This document shows positions 16,045 through 24,868 of a DNA stretch of 32,000 nt, piece after piece. Every line of letters starts with the position of its first letter. The stretch's first letter is position 1. Where the stretch lies: positions 32,979-64,978 of the forward strand of contig CAZNZM010000006.1 in NCBI GenBank assembly GCA_964577555.1, read 5' to 3'. The translations under genes were made by a program, and so were the position numbers. This stretch comes from an uncultured archaeon (GTDB lineage: Archaea > Iainarchaeota > Iainarchaeia > Iainarchaeales > Iainarchaeaceae). The notes under the pieces were generated by a model. The model had not been told where the DNA came from and did no database searches. It worked only from the letters and a program-made list of their open reading frames with translations.

Positions 16045-17586
16045 ATGGATTTTTTCCAAAAACATGCTTTTGTACTAGGCATATTTATTTACATAATCAT
16101 ATTCATTGCCTTTTTTCCAAAAATTTATTCTTCAATAGATGAACACACTATTCTTAAAAATGCCATTCTAATCAAATCAGGCAAAATTGCAGAACCAACT
16201 CCTGAACTTGCTTGCAGATCAAGTTTATTATCAGACAAAGGATATTTAGGAGCACAATTCATCGGACGTTCGATTGCTATATTGCCATTTTCTTATTTTG
16301 ACTTGAATGCTGTCATGTTGTCAGGCTTGCTGATACACCTAATTAACGCTTTTATAATATATTTCATTCTTCGCAAGCTTTCAATTAATCCGAATTTTGC
16401 TTTGCTCTATCTTTTCTTTCCGGTAATGCTTTGGGAAAGCAGAACTCTTTATAGCGAGATTTTTGTTTTAACGTTTTTCTTGGCAGGCTTCTACTTTTAT
16501 ATTAATAATGAAAAATTTTCAAAAAATTCAACAAAATTTGAAAATAACGAAACTTTTGCCAAAAATTTACTCAAAAAAATAAACAAGCTTTCTGATTTCA
16601 TTGCAGGCGCTTTTTTTGGCTTGGCAATATTTGTGAGATATGACGCTTTAATAGGGATTATTGCATTTTCCATTCCGCTTTTAATTTATGAAAAACAGCG
16701 TTTTATAAAAATTTTTTCCGGCTTTATTCCTATATTCTCTATTTTTCTTTTATTCAATTACTTTGTATATGGCAACATATTAGGAACTGGTTACGGATCC
16801 GGCATAGCCATTGCAACTTCAATTATCCAAAAATTTTCAATTAATTGGCTCATAAATTTTTTTATTTACTCCGCAATACTGCTAATAATTTTTCCAGGCA
16901 TGTTATTGTCACCATATTTTATGAAAGACAAAAAGTTTTTGCTGCAATTTATTTTATTGTCTTTGGGTTATCTTGCAATGAACAGCCGTTTTACAGACTT
17001 TTTATCCTTTGACTTCTCAATTCAAACGCTTTTCACTGGCAGGCTAAGATACCTTGTTCCATTAATAGGAATGCTATTAATACCTTATTCTGGAATGATT
17101 GACGCTCTCATTAACAAATTCAAAATAAACAAAAACAATGCAATTGGTGTTGCAATTTTATTAATGTCCGCAGGCGCAATTTTTGCTTCAGCCCAGCACA
17201 ACAATTTTATTGATTCAAGATATTTTATCTATGAACAAATAAATTCGTTAATTCCATCAGATTCTTTAATTGTAGGCAGTTCCGACGACTGCATTTATTC
17301 AATTTCAAAAAACCTTGAAAGAAGAAAATACTTGAACGTTATTCCAAAACTTGACCTTGGCTTTAATTCACCAGTTTCCCTTGATTCTTATATCAACTCT
17401 TCAACCTATTTTTTGGATATTAATTACAATAATTTGAAATTTAAAACAGGGTTGCGCCAAAGAGTGATAGTTGCGGAAAGAAAGGCAATGTCAGATTTTA
17501 TAAATTCCAACAAAGAAAAGTTAGAACTTGTTTTTGAAACTTCTCAACCAAACGATTTCAAAATTTACAAATGGAAAGGCGATTGA
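16045..17586 (+). CDS. Large polytopic membrane protein with C-terminal soluble domain; candidate GT-C-fold glycosyltransferase
   Basis: About 12 helices. An acidic DE sits in the loop after TM1 (YSSIDEHTILKNA). The soluble tail ends ETSQPNDFKIYKWKGD, like the 5236..6858 protein. TTTATAT lies about 36-42 nt upstream of the ATG. Confidence 0.45.
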   Translation: MDFFQKHAFVLGIFIYIIIFIAFFPKIYSSIDEHTILKNAILIKSGKIAEPTPELACRSSLLSDKGYLGAQFIGRSIAILPFSYFDLNAVMLSGLLIHLINAFIIYFILRKLSINPNFALLYLFFPVMLWESRTLYSEIFVLTFFLAGFYFYINNEKFSKNSTKFENNETFAKNLLKKINKLSDFIAGAFFGLAIFVRYDALIGIIAFSIPLLIYEKQRFIKIFSGFIPIFSIFLLFNYFVYGNILGTGYGSGIAIATSIIQKFSINWLINFFIYSAILLIIFPGMLLSPYFMKDKKFLLQFILLSLGYLAMNSRFTDFLSFDFSIQTLFTGRLRYLVPLIGMLLIPYSGMIDALINKFKINKNNAIGVAILLMSAGAIFASAQHNNFIDSRYFIYEQINSLIPSDSLIVGSSDDCIYSISKNLERRKYLNVIPKLDLGFNSPVSLDSYINSSTYFLDINYNNLKFKTGLRQRVIVAERKAMSDFINSNKEKLELVFETSQPNDFKIYKWKGD

Positions 17587-18588
17587 ATGAAACCAATTGT
17601 GTCAGTTGTAATAGTAAGCAGGGAAAAAATCGATTCCCTTTTCAAGACTATTGAGGGCCTTGCAAACCAATCTTTGCCGAAATCAAAATTTGAAGTCATA
17701 ATAGTTGACGACGGCTCGGAAAAACAAGACCTCTCATTGCTTGCAAAAAAATTCAAAAACAGGTTTTCCTCAATCAGAGTAATAAGGCAAGATAAATGCG
17801 GCCTTGCAGCTGGCAGAAACCTTGGAGTAAAAGAAGCCAAATCAAAAATAATCGCTTTTACCGACAATGATTGCCTTCCGGAAAAAAACTGGCTTGCAAA
17901 TCTTCTTTCCAAATTCAATGACCCACAAGTTGCAGGTGTTGAGGGAAAAATAATTACAGATTATCCGAAAAGATTATTCACAAGCGCTCCGGAAAACATT
18001 GGAGGAGGATTGTTCACCGGAGCAAACACCGCTTATAAAAAAGAAATAATCCAAAAAGCTGGTTATTACGACGAAAAAATGGCTTTTTGGCGCGAAGATT
18101 CTGAATTTGCATTCAGGGCAATGAAGTTCGGAAAAATAGTTTTTGCAAGCGATGCAATAGTTTATCACCCGCTCAGAAAAGATTCCATGTCAAATTCTTT
18201 TCGTTATTTGTTCTTTTTGAGAAACGACTTTTTTTGTATTTTAAGACACCCTAAACAATCATTTTTCATTTTAGCCAATCTTGCAAAAGAATTTTTTAAA
18301 TCATTACTGGCAATTTTGTTTTTTGCAACATCCCTTTACATTTATTTACTGTTTGGCTTTGCACAAGCAGTTGCGTTTTTTTTAATTGGTTTATTGGCAG
18401 GGTTTTCCATTTTTGTCTTTTTATTAACTGCTTCCAAAAAATATCAACTTCGATTTTCAGAAGTATTCAAACTAATATTGTTTTTTCTAATCTCTTTTAC
18501 AAAATATCTTGCGTTTCCCGTTTTTTTCTTTTTTGGATTTTTTGATGCAATTTCATTAATGTTTTTTGGAGGGAGATTTTACAAATGA
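17587..18588 (+). CDS. Membrane-anchored GT2 glycosyltransferase (Glyco_tranf_2_3-like)
   Basis: VSVVIVSRE..., VIIVDDGSE, FTDNDCLP and WREDSEFAFR, then about 4 C-terminal TM helices. It is a paralogue of the 24865..25860 and 30989..31888 proteins. Confidence 0.8.
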   Translation: MKPIVSVVIVSREKIDSLFKTIEGLANQSLPKSKFEVIIVDDGSEKQDLSLLAKKFKNRFSSIRVIRQDKCGLAAGRNLGVKEAKSKIIAFTDNDCLPEKNWLANLLSKFNDPQVAGVEGKIITDYPKRLFTSAPENIGGGLFTGANTAYKKEIIQKAGYYDEKMAFWREDSEFAFRAMKFGKIVFASDAIVYHPLRKDSMSNSFRYLFFLRNDFFCILRHPKQSFFILANLAKEFFKSLLAILFFATSLYIYLLFGFAQAVAFFLIGLLAGFSIFVFLLTASKKYQLRFSEVFKLILFFLISFTKYLAFPVFFFFGFFDAISLMFFGGRFYK

Positions 18589-19589
18589 AGCTTTTTTTAT
18601 CCCACACAAATTATTCGGAAGTTATGGGCGGAGTAGAAGTATATTCAAGTTTCATGAAACGCGTTTTTTCAGACATAAATTTTTTGGATTACCATTCATT
18701 AAAATCTGATTTAGGCAACTCCGTTAACCCTTTTTTTCGCGAGCCTGAAAGAGCTAAAAAGCTTGGGGAATTTGTTGAAAAAAATTTTTCCGACGTTGAA
18801 ATTATTTTTACAAATGGAATGTTTTGCTGGAACATTAAAAGAATTCCGCAAATAAATATTTGCCACGGCACTTACAAGGCTTTTGCAGAAGCCGCGGTTT
18901 CAAAGTTTAATCCTGATTATTATAGGCTAAGTTATATATACTCTTATTTTGAAAAAATTGCCGCGGTTAATTCCTCAAAAATCGTTGCCAATTCTTCAAT
19001 GACTGCAAAAAATGTTTCAAAATTTTTCGGACGCAAAGCCGAAATAATATATCCGCCTGTAGATCTTGAAGTTTTTTCCATCAAACCCAAAGAATTTGCA
19101 AAAAAAAAGCTTGGCTGGCAAGGAACAAATGCATTGTTTGTAGGCAGACCAGAAAGAGCCAAAGGGTTTCATTTTATTGAAGACCTAGCCAAGAAAAACC
19201 CACAAATAGAATTCCGATGCATACTTTCAAGGAAATACTGTACTACAACACCTAATATTTCAGTTTACCAAAACGTGCCTCACTCAAAATTGCCTGTTTT
19301 TTATAATGCATGCGACGTAGTTTTGTTTCCTTCCTTGTTTGAAGGATGCGGTTTAGTCACTTTAGAAGCACTTTCATTGAACAAAAAAATCGTTTGCCTT
19401 AAAACAGGAATAGCATTGGAAATTGATTCAGACAACTTGGTAATTTCTCAGCCTTCTATTGATTCGCTCAACGAAAATCTTCAAAATTCCTTAAACTCCA
19501 GCAATTCAAATTCAAGGAAAATAATTAAATCAAAGTTTTCTTTTCAAAAATTCAAAAAGGAGTGGAAAAATGCAGTCAATTCAAGATAA
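18585..19589 (+). CDS. GT4-family glycosyltransferase
   Basis: Canonical EX7E region FPSLFEGCGLVTLEALS and FVGRPERAKGF. ATGA overlap with the upstream stop. GGAGGGAG SD. Confidence 0.8.
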   Translation: MKLFLSHTNYSEVMGGVEVYSSFMKRVFSDINFLDYHSLKSDLGNSVNPFFREPERAKKLGEFVEKNFSDVEIIFTNGMFCWNIKRIPQINICHGTYKAFAEAAVSKFNPDYYRLSYIYSYFEKIAAVNSSKIVANSSMTAKNVSKFFGRKAEIIYPPVDLEVFSIKPKEFAKKKLGWQGTNALFVGRPERAKGFHFIEDLAKKNPQIEFRCILSRKYCTTTPNISVYQNVPHSKLPVFYNACDVVLFPSLFEGCGLVTLEALSLNKKIVCLKTGIALEIDSDNLVISQPSIDSLNENLQNSLNSSNSNSRKIIKSKFSFQKFKKEWKNAVNSR

Positions 19590-20739
19590 AATAGTTTTAA
19601 TAGTTACTCCTTATGCAGAACCTGAAAAAGGAGCCTGCACATTAAGAGTTAATTTCTTTAAGGATGTTTTAGAAAGACAAGGTTGCCAAGTTTTAGTGCT
19701 GGCTCCTTACAGAAAATCTGTTAGTGAAGTAGAAGGAGTTTTAAGGTATAAATCCAAATTCGATTTGGTTTCAAAGATGCTGTCAATTTTCAACAGCCGC
19801 AAAGCAAAATTTTTTGTTATAGGTGTTTCCCCACCTTTATTTACCAACTTGTTTGTAATGATTGCCTCAAAGCTCGGAAAAGCCAAATTCATTCTAGACG
19901 CAAAAGACGACGGGCAATACTATAAAAAAAATTCTTTAGGAATATTAAAATCACTAAAAAGACTAGTTTATTTAACAACAAGAAGAGTTGTTTACAAGAA
20001 TGCTGATAGCCTCATGTTTCTTTCTAATTCAGATTTAAAAGAAGCAAAGGAAAACTATTCTATTCCAATTCATAAAATGCATATTGTAATGAACGGCACA
20101 AACACAATGAAAATTTTTTCAGACAAAGTTGCAAGAGCACGCATAAGAAAAAAATTCAGGATTCCCCAAAATTCCATAGTGCTTATTTATGCTGGAAGCC
20201 TTGGAGACGAAGAAATTTCAGATTTTATTGTTGAATGTTCAAACACTATAAAGTCTTCAAAAGCCAAACTATTAATGGTTGTCGCACATGAAAATTCTCT
20301 ACAAGGAGATTATGAAATTAAATCCCTTAAGTCAATTATAAAATCACAAGGCTTGGAAAAAGACGCTTTTATTTTTGAAAATATTCCATATGAAGAATTG
20401 AACAAATATTTGTCCGCTTCAGATATTGGAGTGCTTCCTTGGCCAGAAAACCTTATTACAAGCATTCCAGTAAAAATATTCGATTATGCTTCAGCAAGCC
20501 TTGCCATTGTCGCCAAAGCCCCACTCAATTCTGAAGCGTCAAACTTCATTCACAATAATAATTTGGGTTTTGCTGTTTCCGATTGGCAAAACTTCAAAAA
20601 AGCAATTGTTTTTCTTATAAAAAACAAATCAATGCTTGAGAAAATAAAACTGGAAAACAGGATTCAAGCTGAAAAATATTTTGACCGCTACAACCAAAAA
20701 AAATTTTTATTATCAGCGGTTTTCGGAGATTCATTTTGA
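19570..20739 (+). CDS. GT4-like (GT-B fold) glycosyltransferase
   Basis: IVLIVTPYAEPEKGACTLRV, IYAGSLGDEE, and LPWPENLITSIPVKIFDYASASLAIVA (WbuB-like variant of the GT4 C-terminal motif). AAGGAGTGG SD. Confidence 0.65.
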   Translation: MQSIQDKIVLIVTPYAEPEKGACTLRVNFFKDVLERQGCQVLVLAPYRKSVSEVEGVLRYKSKFDLVSKMLSIFNSRKAKFFVIGVSPPLFTNLFVMIASKLGKAKFILDAKDDGQYYKKNSLGILKSLKRLVYLTTRRVVYKNADSLMFLSNSDLKEAKENYSIPIHKMHIVMNGTNTMKIFSDKVARARIRKKFRIPQNSIVLIYAGSLGDEEISDFIVECSNTIKSSKAKLLMVVAHENSLQGDYEIKSLKSIIKSQGLEKDAFIFENIPYEELNKYLSASDIGVLPWPENLITSIPVKIFDYASASLAIVAKAPLNSEASNFIHNNNLGFAVSDWQNFKKAIVFLIKNKSMLEKIKLENRIQAEKYFDRYNQKKFLLSAVFGDSF

Positions 20740-21327
20740 CGCAATTACCAATATTTCTGGTGAAAAGTCATGATTGGTTATTTTTGATTGAATTTTTTTT
20801 ATAAAAATTGGAATTAATCCTTTTTTGTAAATCCTATATATTTTTATGTTGTTGAAGTTTGCTTTTTTGAGTAAAGCGTATAATGTTCTTGGCGAGTAAG
20901 GTTTTACATGCGTTACGTCGTCAAAAAAACCCCATACAGGAAAATAGATATTGTTTGTTGTTATGATTATTTGGTTTGTCAATTTTGAACATTTTTGCAA
21001 CAAATTTATTGATTGTTCAGGATTCAAATGCTCTATTGTTGCAAAAATTGTTATCAAATCGAATTTTTCTTTTATTTCATCAATGTTTTTATAATCTGGT
21101 TTGGTGGTTAAATCAATATCTTGGGTTTTATATTCTTTCAAACTAATATTTTTTTGTTTGCAAAAACTTTCAAAATGCCTCCTGCTTGCGCCTATATCTA
21201 AAACTTTTTTTCCTTTTGCTATTTCGCTTGCAAACTCAAAAGAAGTTTTCAACATTAGCGGAATTTCACGAAAAGAATTATAATTTGAAAATTGTTTTCT
21301 GAAATCGTTATAAGTTGCCCAATCCAT
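20731..21327 (-). CDS. Class I SAM-dependent methyltransferase
   Basis: Motif I KVLDIGAS, then FDLITIFATIEHL. 198 aa. Its 3' end overlaps the convergent GT4-like gene by 9 nt. Confidence 0.7.
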   Translation of the reverse strand: MDWATYNDFRKQFSNYNSFREIPLMLKTSFEFASEIAKGKKVLDIGASRRHFESFCKQKNISLKEYKTQDIDLTTKPDYKNIDEIKEKFDLITIFATIEHLNPEQSINLLQKCSKLTNQIIITTNNIYFPVWGFFDDVTHVKPYSPRTLYALLKKANFNNIKIYRIYKKGLIPIFIKKIQSKITNHDFSPEILVIASK

Positions 21328-21365
21328 GTTATCTTATACTATTATTCATGTTTTTTTATTTATTG

Positions 21366-22724
21366 TTATTTTGACAGTTTTTGTATTTTGTAAAAAATTT
21401 TTTTGAGCAAATCAAAGTCCACTTTGTCTGGCAATAATACCTCGACTATTGAAAATGTTTTAATAGATTTTTTTATGATCACAATTTTTGAAAATAAATC
21501 TATAACTGCTGATATTAGCCTGCTTATTGCAATGCCAATTATATGAAGTTTCATAGTCAAAAAATAGCCCGTTAGCACGCTAATAATTAAAACCAGAATT
21601 GATGCGCCAGTCAATGCTTTTTGTTGTTTTAAATTGAAAATAATGGGTTTATATGGCGTATTTAGAATTATTGTGAAGATTATTAGAATGAATATTTTTA
21701 GAGCGTTTGCATTTTCTTGGATATTTTTATCCGGAATAGTTTTTAAAAACCAATCAACGCCAAACAGTATTATAAAAATAATAAGCGGAATGGAAAAATA
21801 AAAAACGTATTTTGTTGCTCTTATTATAATGTTTTTAGAGTTTTTCAATCCGCCTAATTTGGCTACAAGAGGATAAAATATAGTATCAAGCGGTTCAAAG
21901 AACTTAGCCAAAATTGAGTAAAATTTTGTAATTGCAAAATAAACTCCAGCCCATTTTACACCCAATACATGCTCAACAATCCAAATGGGAATATTGGCTT
22001 CAAGGTTTTTTATTTGAGAATTCAACAAAGCCCATTTGCCATGGCTTTTTAAGGTTTGTATGATTAGCGACTTGTCAGTATTCCTTTCTTTTAATAGAGT
22101 TTTTATTTCACTTGGTATTTTTGTTGCTCTTGCGAATATTGTGAAAATGTCAGACAAAATCATTGCCAAAAAAATCAATTCAACGCTTTTACCAACAAAA
22201 AAGAATAATACTGCTAACAAAAAAAGTTTTGAAATTGAATCAATAATTTGAAAAAAAACAAGTTTTTTAAAATCCGCGACAGTTTCAAACGAGGTTTGAT
22301 ACACAAGCTTTATTCCTGAAGTAAATATAAGAATTGAAACTAGTTGGATTATTGAAGAAATATTTTTTTTAAAAAAATCAGCAATCAAACCGCTAGAAAA
22401 AAAAACCACAAAAAACAAAATTAAACCAACTGCGATTTGAGTGTAAGCATATCCTTTAAACAACCCAGCAGCTCTTTTAACATTTCCTTCATTTAAATCC
22501 TTTGATACATCAGATATTACAACTTTTGACAAACCCAAGTCAATTAAAAAAGTAGCCAACGAAAGCCCAGAAACAGCAAGCCCATAAACGCCTAAATCAT
22601 AAGTGGTTATGGAACTTATAATAAAAATAAATATTGCATAGTTTATAGCGGTAATTAGCAAATTATTTCCAGCAATCAAACCCATGCTTTTAAAAATTTC
22701 CTTTAAATTACCCATGTTTTTCAC
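21366..22724 (-). CDS. Wzx-like oligosaccharide flippase (MOP/polysaccharide biosynthesis protein family)
   Basis: 452 aa with about 12-14 TM helices throughout and no soluble domain. The N-terminus and length are typical of Wzx/PST-family proteins. It sits inside a glycan operon. Confidence 0.7.
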   Translation of the reverse strand: MKNMGNLKEIFKSMGLIAGNNLLITAINYAIFIFIISSITTYDLGVYGLAVSGLSLATFLIDLGLSKVVISDVSKDLNEGNVKRAAGLFKGYAYTQIAVGLILFFVVFFSSGLIADFFKKNISSIIQLVSILIFTSGIKLVYQTSFETVADFKKLVFFQIIDSISKLFLLAVLFFFVGKSVELIFLAMILSDIFTIFARATKIPSEIKTLLKERNTDKSLIIQTLKSHGKWALLNSQIKNLEANIPIWIVEHVLGVKWAGVYFAITKFYSILAKFFEPLDTIFYPLVAKLGGLKNSKNIIIRATKYVFYFSIPLIIFIILFGVDWFLKTIPDKNIQENANALKIFILIIFTIILNTPYKPIIFNLKQQKALTGASILVLIISVLTGYFLTMKLHIIGIAISRLISAVIDLFSKIVIIKKSIKTFSIVEVLLPDKVDFDLLKKIFYKIQKLSK

Positions 22725-22727
22725 AAT

Positions 22728-23690
22728 TTATTTGTTCAATTTCTTTTCTTTTTGATAATCCAAATACCATTCTATAAACATAGGTATCCCTTTTTCTAGC
22801 TTGATTTTTGGCTTGAACCCTATTGTTTTTTTTGCAAGCGTAATATCCGCTATTGTGCTTTTTACATCTTCCAATTTTCCTTTTTTTATTTCTATTTTTG
22901 CTTTTTTTCCAAGGTTTTCTTCGATTAAGCTTATTATTTTTTTAAGCGTGTTTGGTTGAGAATTTCCTATGTTGTATATTTTGAATCCTTTACATTTTTT
23001 TATTGATAGCATTATTGCGTCTATTGTGTCGCTAACATATGTAAAGTCTCTTTCTATTTCCATTGAACCAAATACTTCTATTTTTTTTCCATGAAAAATA
23101 TTGTTTGTAAATTTGTATACAGCCATGTCCGGCCTTCCGCCGGGACCGTAAACCGTAAAAAGTCTTGGAATCATGATTTCTGTTCTGTTGATATGGTGTA
23201 ATGCTTCAGCCATTGCCTCCATGCTGATTTTTGAAGCTGCATAGATACTGCACGGCGTATTAATAGTCATTGTTTCTTTGAATGGAGGTTTTTGCAAGCC
23301 GTACACGCTTGATGTTGATGCAGCAACCACTTTTTTTATTCCTTCTTCCTCAGCAAATTTCAGTATGTTTGCAGTACCAAGAACGTTGGTGAGTATGTAA
23401 CTTGATGGTTTTTTTGTTGATTCTCTTACCCCTGTTTTTGCGGCAAGGTGTATTATATGTGTTATTCCCATTCCTTTCAGTTTTGAAAGGTCTTTTGTTT
23501 TTGTAATATCCAATTTGGCAAATTCACCGTATTTTCCAGATTTTATTTTTTTAATGTTTTCCAGTTTTATGTCAAGACCGTATGTGTTGCTTAGGTTATC
23601 TATTCCTATGAATTTTATTTTTTCTTTTTCCAACCTTTCAACAAGGTTTCCTCCAATAAAACCTGCAGCGCCTGTTACAAGAATTTTCAT
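22728..23690 (-). CDS. NAD-dependent epimerase, UDP-glucuronate 4-epimerase-like SDR
   Basis: ILVTGAAGFIGGNL, YAASK and RLFTVYGPGGRPDMAVYKF. The last motif matches the RFFTVYGPWGRPDMA signature of the UDP-GlcA 4-epimerase clade. Confidence 0.7.
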   Translation of the reverse strand: MKILVTGAAGFIGGNLVERLEKEKIKFIGIDNLSNTYGLDIKLENIKKIKSGKYGEFAKLDITKTKDLSKLKGMGITHIIHLAAKTGVRESTKKPSSYILTNVLGTANILKFAEEEGIKKVVAASTSSVYGLQKPPFKETMTINTPCSIYAASKISMEAMAEALHHINRTEIMIPRLFTVYGPGGRPDMAVYKFTNNIFHGKKIEVFGSMEIERDFTYVSDTIDAIMLSIKKCKGFKIYNIGNSQPNTLKKIISLIEENLGKKAKIEIKKGKLEDVKSTIADITLAKKTIGFKPKIKLEKGIPMFIEWYLDYQKEKKLNK

Positions 23691-23791
23691 ATTATTTATT
23701 TTTTGTTGTAATACATTTTAAAGCTTCAAGTAAAGGTTTTTTTGCACCTTCTGTACCAAAACCAATATAATTTTCCGCTATTTTTCCATTT

Positions 23792-24868
23792 TTATTGGTA
23801 TGCATTAATTATTTTTTCATAATTTTTTTCCAAAGAATAATTTTCCGCTTTTTTCTTCAAGTCTTTTTGCAATTTTATTTTTTCTTCTATTCCAATTTTT
23901 ATCATGTTTTTTATTGCTTTTGCCGCTTCTTCCGGTTTTGAGTAATCCACCAAACAGTTTTTGAAATCCGAGAGTATTGATTTAAAACCCGAATTGTTTT
24001 GCACTATTGGAATGCATTTGCTTGCCATTGCTTCTACCAAAGAAATTCCAAATCCTTCATATTCGGAAGCCGAAATAAAAAATTCAGACGACGAATAAAG
24101 TTCTATGACTTGTTTTTCGCCAGGATTAAGTATGAATTCTATTTTTTCGGCAATTCCAAGTTCTTTGGCTTTTTTCAAATAATTTTCAAAAAGACCTTCG
24201 CTGTCAGTTCCTGCAATTGTAAGCTTGAAATTTTCATTTTTCAAGTTTGCAAGCGCATTAATCAACAATTCAATTCTTTTGTTTTTTGAGAATCTTCCAA
24301 GATAAAGCATAGTGCCAGGTTTTTTTTTGCCGCTTTTGAATTTTGAAATTACAATGCCATTTTCAATCAACGTTATTTTTTTACATATTTTTCCAAAAAT
24401 TTCATAATCGTTTTTGCTGACTGCGATTACCTTATCGGCAAAACCGAGTAAAATCCTTTGTATTATGTTGAAATAAAACCATTTTGCGAGCCCAATATTT
24501 TTTGTATGAAATATTCCGCCATGTGTTGATATTATTATTTTTTTTTTATGCAAAAATTTTGTTGCAAGAAGAAAATCAGAAAAAAACCCTATGCCGTGTA
24601 TGTGAATTATATCAAATTCTTTTATTTTTTTTATTATTTGTGGAGATATTTTGTAGTATTTTAAATCCAAAAATTCAAGTCTTTCCACAGAAATTTTTTC
24701 CACTATACTTGTTTTTGGCAGTTTTTCTCGGTTGTTTGCGCATTTGTTCAAGCATATTACTTTTACTTTGTGTCCTTTTAATGCAAGCAATTTGCTTGTG
24801 TCAAACACTACTTTTTCTACCCCGCCAACGCAAGGATGGAAATGGTTGCATACTTGCAATATATTCAT
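23792..24868 (-). CDS. GT4-family glycosyltransferase
   Basis: MNILQVCNHFHPCVGGVEKVV, LGRFSKNKR, and canonical SASEYEGFGISLVEAMA. The start at ATG 24868 forms an ATGA overlap with the upstream GT2 stop. The track's extension to 25102 overlaps the GT2 C-terminus and is rejected. Confidence 0.85.
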   Translation of the reverse strand: MNILQVCNHFHPCVGGVEKVVFDTSKLLALKGHKVKVICLNKCANNREKLPKTSIVEKISVERLEFLDLKYYKISPQIIKKIKEFDIIHIHGIGFFSDFLLATKFLHKKKIIISTHGGIFHTKNIGLAKWFYFNIIQRILLGFADKVIAVSKNDYEIFGKICKKITLIENGIVISKFKSGKKKPGTMLYLGRFSKNKRIELLINALANLKNENFKLTIAGTDSEGLFENYLKKAKELGIAEKIEFILNPGEKQVIELYSSSEFFISASEYEGFGISLVEAMASKCIPIVQNNSGFKSILSDFKNCLVDYSKPEEAAKAIKNMIKIGIEEKIKLQKDLKKKAENYSLEKNYEKIINAYQ

